10,761 bases of DNA, from positions 15,755 through 26,515 of the forward strand of contig CAYVLA010000044.1 of NCBI GenBank assembly GCA_964452145.1, written 5' to 3'. Positions within the stretch are counted from its first letter, which is position 1. Each line of letters begins with the position of its first letter. Source of the stretch: Candidatus Hadarchaeota archaeon (GTDB taxonomy: Archaea > CAYQAE01 > CAYVLA01). The notes beneath the pieces are model-generated. The model ran no database searches and had not been told where the DNA came from. It saw only the letters and a list, made by a program, of their open reading frames with translations. The translations under genes were made by a program, and so were the position numbers. Below, in pieces: positions 6,973 to 10,761 of this stretch.

Positions 6973-8808
6973 ATGGTGCTGGGTTCTCGCATGAAGGAGA
7001 GAAATGTCCTTGACTATCTGCCCAGAGTGTGGGGCCAATCCCATCTCTTCGTGTTCTCGGGGCTCGACGGCCCGACTGATTGGCGGCGCCCGTTTGTGGC
7101 CCAGACACTTGGGGAGGCGCCGGGATTAGTGCTCCACGCAGGAACCGATCCTTCCCGAGACCTAGAGATCAGGTTCGGGGCGGAGATAAGGGGAATTGTG
7201 CGTGAGGGAACTGTGGGGGATCTTCGGCCGTTTGTCATAGGCCCCGACGTTCTCGATCTGGAGATAGTCATTGAACAGGGCGAAAGCGTCGGGTTCAGAC
7301 TCGTGTGGCTGGATAGAATGACGGTGGTTGGGGAGGGACATGGTGACAGGGCAGTTCCATGCCTCTTCACAAACGGTGACTTCTTCCGACTGCATGCTGT
7401 CCAGCAAGCAGATCCCCTGATCGTGGGACGGGGACTTGCCTTGCCGCATACCGACGGTGGGAAGGCCATAAGGCTTGAGATCGGGGGAGGCGTGGGCAAG
7501 TTTGCCATCGTCTGGGGGCCCGATATGGAACGGGCAGCACAGGCGGCTCTTGAGTACGATCTGGCATCTGCGTTATCTGACAGGATGAGATTCTTCGAGC
7601 AGATCAAGCTACCTGCAACGGATGACCGGGAAGTGCTTCGAACATACGTCAAAGCGTGCGCGGTCATGAAGGCCAACATAGAGACTCCGTGCGGGCAGAT
7701 AACGAGTCGGTGGTCGACCCCGGACAGGTGGCCCCATCGGCGAATGTGGCTCTGGGACTCGGCGTTCAACTCCCTTGGGGCCCAGCACATTGACCCCCAG
7801 CTCGGGAGGGATTGCATCCGGGCGGTACTGGCCAAGCAGAGATCTGACGGTTTCGTCCCGCACTGCATGGCACCCGACCCCGACCGGGACTCCAAGATGA
7901 CCCAGCCACCTCTGCTTCCGTGGGGGGCCTGGGAACTTCACTCTTCGAACCCAAGCAAGGCATTCCTCCGCGAGGTCTATCCGGGATTGAGTAACTACGT
8001 TGAGTGGGACATCCATAACATGGACAGGCTGGGAACAGGCCTTCTCCAGTGGCAGCATTCAGGTCCCGACAGCGGAATGGATAACAGCCCCAAGTTCGAT
8101 GAGGGCCCCGACTTCGATGCGTTGGATCTGAGCTGTTTTGTAGCCAACGAATGCCGTGCGCTCAATCTGATCGCTGGCGAGCTCGGAATGACACATGAGG
8201 CTGAGCGCTGGATTCGGATCAACAGCCGACTCGCCCGCGCGATCAATGATCGACTATGGCACGAAGATGACGGGTTCTACTATGGCAGGAGGAGAGATGG
8301 ATCATGGGTAAGAATCAAGACAGTCGACGGTTTCCTGCCTCTTTTCTCTGGGGTCGCCACCAAGCAGCGCGCGGCTCTACTTGTCCGACATTTGACCTGT
8401 CGGGACGAGTTCTGGCCGGCTTTCCCTGCGCCGTCAGTTGCCCTGGACGAACCCAAGTTCGAGCTGGACATGTGGCGAGGGCCGACCTGGGTGAACTACA
8501 ACTGGCTCGTGGTCTGCGGTCTCAGAGAGTATGGCTACGTAGAACGTGCGAGACAACTGATCGATCTCACCATCGGAGAGATATCCAAGTGGAGAGCCAA
8601 GAAAGGCTCGATCTACGAGTTCTACGATCCCTTTGGCGAGAGAGCCCCCCAGGACCTCAAGCGCAAGGGCAAGGTTCGAAGGTGGACCGGTGACGGCATA
8701 CCTGTCATAGCAGAGTACTTCTGGTCCGCCGCAGTGCTCGCGCACATGGTGGTGGACAGATTTGGACACTGTGGGTCCAGTCAGAGTCCCCAGGCTCCTG
8801 GGGCGTAG
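6973..8808 (+). CDS. GH63/MGH1-like (alpha/alpha)6-barrel glycoside hydrolase (trehalase/mannosylglycerate-hydrolase-like), about 611 aa
   Basis: Motifs WLWDSAF, QRSDGFVP, TQPPL, DSGMDNSPKFD (putative catalytic Asp, nt 8080), LWHEDDGFYY, FLPLFSG, MWRGPTWVNYN and IYEFYDP (putative catalytic Glu, nt 8617). The start is uncertain: in-frame candidates are 6943, 6946, 6973 and 6991; 6973 was chosen from the spacing to the upstream motif. Confidence 0.88.
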   Translation: MVLGSRMKERNVLDYLPRVWGQSHLFVFSGLDGPTDWRRPFVAQTLGEAPGLVLHAGTDPSRDLEIRFGAEIRGIVREGTVGDLRPFVIGPDVLDLEIVIEQGESVGFRLVWLDRMTVVGEGHGDRAVPCLFTNGDFFRLHAVQQADPLIVGRGLALPHTDGGKAIRLEIGGGVGKFAIVWGPDMERAAQAALEYDLASALSDRMRFFEQIKLPATDDREVLRTYVKACAVMKANIETPCGQITSRWSTPDRWPHRRMWLWDSAFNSLGAQHIDPQLGRDCIRAVLAKQRSDGFVPHCMAPDPDRDSKMTQPPLLPWGAWELHSSNPSKAFLREVYPGLSNYVEWDIHNMDRLGTGLLQWQHSGPDSGMDNSPKFDEGPDFDALDLSCFVANECRALNLIAGELGMTHEAERWIRINSRLARAINDRLWHEDDGFYYGRRRDGSWVRIKTVDGFLPLFSGVATKQRAALLVRHLTCRDEFWPAFPAPSVALDEPKFELDMWRGPTWVNYNWLVVCGLREYGYVERARQLIDLTIGEISKWRAKKGSIYEFYDPFGERAPQDLKRKGKVRRWTGDGIPVIAEYFWSAAVLAHMVVDRFGHCGSSQSPQAPGA

Positions 8809-8811
8809 AGG

Positions 8812-8848
8812 CTATTACTTTCTCGTTGGACGCTTTCCATGCTTTCCT
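8812..8848 (+). terminator. Possible pyrimidine/T-rich terminator region after the GH63-like gene
   Basis: TATTACTTTCTC...CTTTCC...CTTTCCTC directly follows the stop in a convergent intergenic gap, with no clear hairpin. This fits archaeal-style termination but is weak evidence. Confidence 0.25.
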
Positions 8849-8955
8849 CAGATGAGACCGGCGAGAGGATTACATGAGTCCCTTGGCCATCTTGGGCTAA
8901 CGGTCCGTGGAAGGAGAAGCAGGGGGCAAGAATCGGGGCGCCCTCGCAAAGGTCT

Positions 8956-10197
8956 TCAGTATACTACCATCTTCTGCCCATCCCTCACCTTCTCTCTGAG
9001 CCAGAGCAGCAGTGTGTTGTCTGGCCCGGAATGAGCCAAGTATTGGGCTGCATGGAGTTCCCTGCCGTCCAGCTCGATCCTCGTTGGGAGAGGACAGTTC
9101 TCGATCCTGAAGCAGGGGCTCGCAACCGAGTCGCGCGATCTAAGGGTGATCTCGCAGGGGGAAGAGTCCCTCTTATGCAAGGTGTGGCATCTCTGCGATG
9201 TGGAGTATCCCTTGTAGAGATGGTTGGTCCTCACCCGTCCCGGTCGAAGCCACGACCCCACCAATTCGTTGGCGTCACCGGACTTGCTCGTGCCTACCAA
9301 GAAGAACCACGCGGACGGTGAAGGGAGGGAATGCCCGTTGTAGCTGTACCCGAACGAGAAAAGCGAAGTGTGGGTTGGCCGGCTGCGGATCTCCTCTTCG
9401 GTGGCCCTGATCCATCCTGCGTAGTCGGTCCCATCGTAGGCAGGCCAGTGGACGAAGCTCAAATTACCTCCGTAGCATCGGATCTCTGGGTGGTCCTGCC
9501 CACAGCTGCTGCAAGAGGAGTGGGGAAACAAGCTCTGTCTGCAGGAGAATCCAACGAATGGGTCGGGGAGGCCCTCGAGGTGAAGGATTCCCACGCATTC
9601 CCCCCACTTGGCTGTCTCAGGGTGCAGCTTGCACAACCCGGAGGTTCCCCCGATATTCACGGGCCAGCTCTTCGTCAAGCTCTCCCCGGAGAGGTTCCCG
9701 ATCGTGTAGCCCTGCAGCACATCGCTGGGCGCACTACCCACTCCGTTGATGAGTATGAATTCACCGACCTCCCACAGAGTGGGGTTCAAGCCCGGGTGGC
9801 TGGCACTTCCTGGCTGCCCGATGAGCGTTCTAACTGCCGTCCCGTCGGAAAAGATGGTGTAATGCTCCTCGGCCGTCGTATTCCCGTGGTAGATCTCGTA
9901 CTGAGGATTGCAGAGGGCGTACTTCCAGATCACCACGGCCCGGACATCGTTGATTTCCTTGAGCACCACATTGCTGTACCTGCACTCCTTGTCCATTATG
10001 GGTTCGTAGCAGTGATTGTCCTCGACCGAGCCGGTCTCCATCCACTCGCACGTGAACCACACGTCCCTGGCCAGTTCCATGCAGGGAACATACTGCGCTT
10101 TCTCCCAGAAAACGTACCTCGGTCCAAGATCGGGCTCGACGATGAGAGCCCTTCCTTTGCTGCCCCAGAGGTCCAGATCCTTCCACTCTGCCCTCAT
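8956..10197 (-). CDS. Uncharacterised Cys-rich, probably beta-strand-rich protein, about 413 aa
   Basis: Long ORF with natural protein composition and conserved-looking motifs (RYVFW, YVP, EWMET, CYEPIMDKECRYSNV, AVVIWKYAL, EEHYTIFSDGTAVR, HWP, RPTHTSL, SWLRP). ATG at 10197 is preceded by AGGAG at 9 nt spacing and is preferred over TTG at 10206. Confidence 0.85.
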   Translation of the reverse strand: MRAEWKDLDLWGSKGRALIVEPDLGPRYVFWEKAQYVPCMELARDVWFTCEWMETGSVEDNHCYEPIMDKECRYSNVVLKEINDVRAVVIWKYALCNPQYEIYHGNTTAEEHYTIFSDGTAVRTLIGQPGSASHPGLNPTLWEVGEFILINGVGSAPSDVLQGYTIGNLSGESLTKSWPVNIGGTSGLCKLHPETAKWGECVGILHLEGLPDPFVGFSCRQSLFPHSSCSSCGQDHPEIRCYGGNLSFVHWPAYDGTDYAGWIRATEEEIRSRPTHTSLFSFGYSYNGHSLPSPSAWFFLVGTSKSGDANELVGSWLRPGRVRTNHLYKGYSTSQRCHTLHKRDSSPCEITLRSRDSVASPCFRIENCPLPTRIELDGRELHAAQYLAHSGPDNTLLLWLREKVRDGQKMVVY

Positions 10198-10235
10198 CGC
10201 TGGCAACTCCTGGGGCAGTCATGAACGACCTGCTC

Positions 10236-10243
10236 TCATAAGT
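10236..10243 (-). promoter_or_regulatory. Putative TATA-like promoter box ACTTATGA upstream of the uncharacterised gene
   Basis: Begins 46 nt upstream of ATG 10197 on the minus strand and is preceded by purine-rich GAAAGAGAG (BRE-like). Confidence 0.5.
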
Positions 10244-10350
10244 CTCTCTTTCACGGAGACCCCTCCTCGTTGAGCATCGACGGCATCCATGTGCTGTCTC
10301 CGACCATGCCCATCCATGCAATCCGGGACTGTGGGCTGATCAAGCTTGTC

Positions 10351-10710
10351 CTAAGAACCGGCTGATCTGGGGAGCTGATCGATGTGGCGTTCCTTGTCCA
10401 TGTGCAGCCAGAGAATGATACATGGATCCTCTTCGTCGGAGGCCAGATGATGATTCTCTCCGGGCTCAACGATCAAGATGTCCCCAACCTCAACGGGACT
10501 GGGCATCCCGTTCACCTCCATTCTGCCTCTTCCTTGCAGGATCACGAATACTTCAGGCTCATCATGGACATGAATATGCCCTGAATGAGTTCGTTCCCCG
10601 GGCCCCTTGAAAGACATCCTTCCCTTGTTGATGTAGTCTTTCGCAACAATCGAGCTGAGGAAATGCCCTTCGCGGGTGTCTGTAAGATGGCTCAGCCGAT
10701 AATGCTTCAT
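10351..10710 (-). CDS. Cupin-domain protein, about 119 aa
   Basis: Cupin motif 1 HIHVHDEPEVFVILQGRG and motif 2 GDILIVEPGENH. ATG at 10710 is preceded by AGGAG at 6 nt spacing (alternative ATG at 10740). Confidence 0.9.
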   Translation of the reverse strand: MKHYRLSHLTDTREGHFLSSIVAKDYINKGRMSFKGPGERTHSGHIHVHDEPEVFVILQGRGRMEVNGMPSPVEVGDILIVEPGENHHLASDEEDPCIILWLHMDKERHIDQLPRSAGS

Positions 10711-10761
10711 GGGTGTCTCCTGCCTGTGTGTGCCTTTCATAGATCTAGCAGCTCGGAAGTA

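Noticed and set aside
6524..7044. Short ORFs (60-79 aa) in and around the divergent intergenic region
   Set aside because: No motifs or convincing RBS, and most overlap neighbouring genes or promoter elements. The region is better explained as a divergent promoter.
7014..7895. 293-aa minus-strand ORF
   Set aside because: Ser/Pro/Thr-rich antisense shadow lying fully inside the GH63-like gene.
9331..10224. 297-aa plus-strand ORF
   Set aside because: Antisense shadow of the 8956-10197 gene with no recognisable motifs. Long antisense ORFs are common at high GC.
1..10761. CRISPR array, IS element/transposase, integrase, tRNA or rRNA
   Set aside because: No regularly spaced repeats, terminal inverted repeats, recombinase motifs or RNA-gene signatures were seen.

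Overview
A GC-rich (roughly 60% by eye) prokaryotic window densely packed with seven likely genes forming an apparent carbohydrate-degradation cluster. In order: a divergent GH67 (alpha-glucuronidase)-like protein (+), a GxGYxYP-family putative glycoside hydrolase (+), a Cys-type formylglycine-dependent sulfatase (+), a membrane-anchored clan GH-A (GH5/GH39-like) hydrolase (-), a GH63/MGH1-like (alpha/alpha)6 hydrolase (+), a Cys-rich uncharacterised protein (-) and a small cupin (-). I saw no RNA genes, mobile elements, CRISPR arrays or long repeats. TATA-like boxes at consistent distances upstream of five starts (including ACTTA(A/T)GA 46-48 nt upstream of three), plus frequent AGG/AGA/ATA codons, suggest an archaeal source. 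The most interesting reading (inference) is an undescribed, possibly archaeal, locus for breaking down a sulfated, uronic-acid-containing glycan, built mostly from enzymes that are divergent or of unknown specificity. All family calls come from motif recognition by eye, not database searches.
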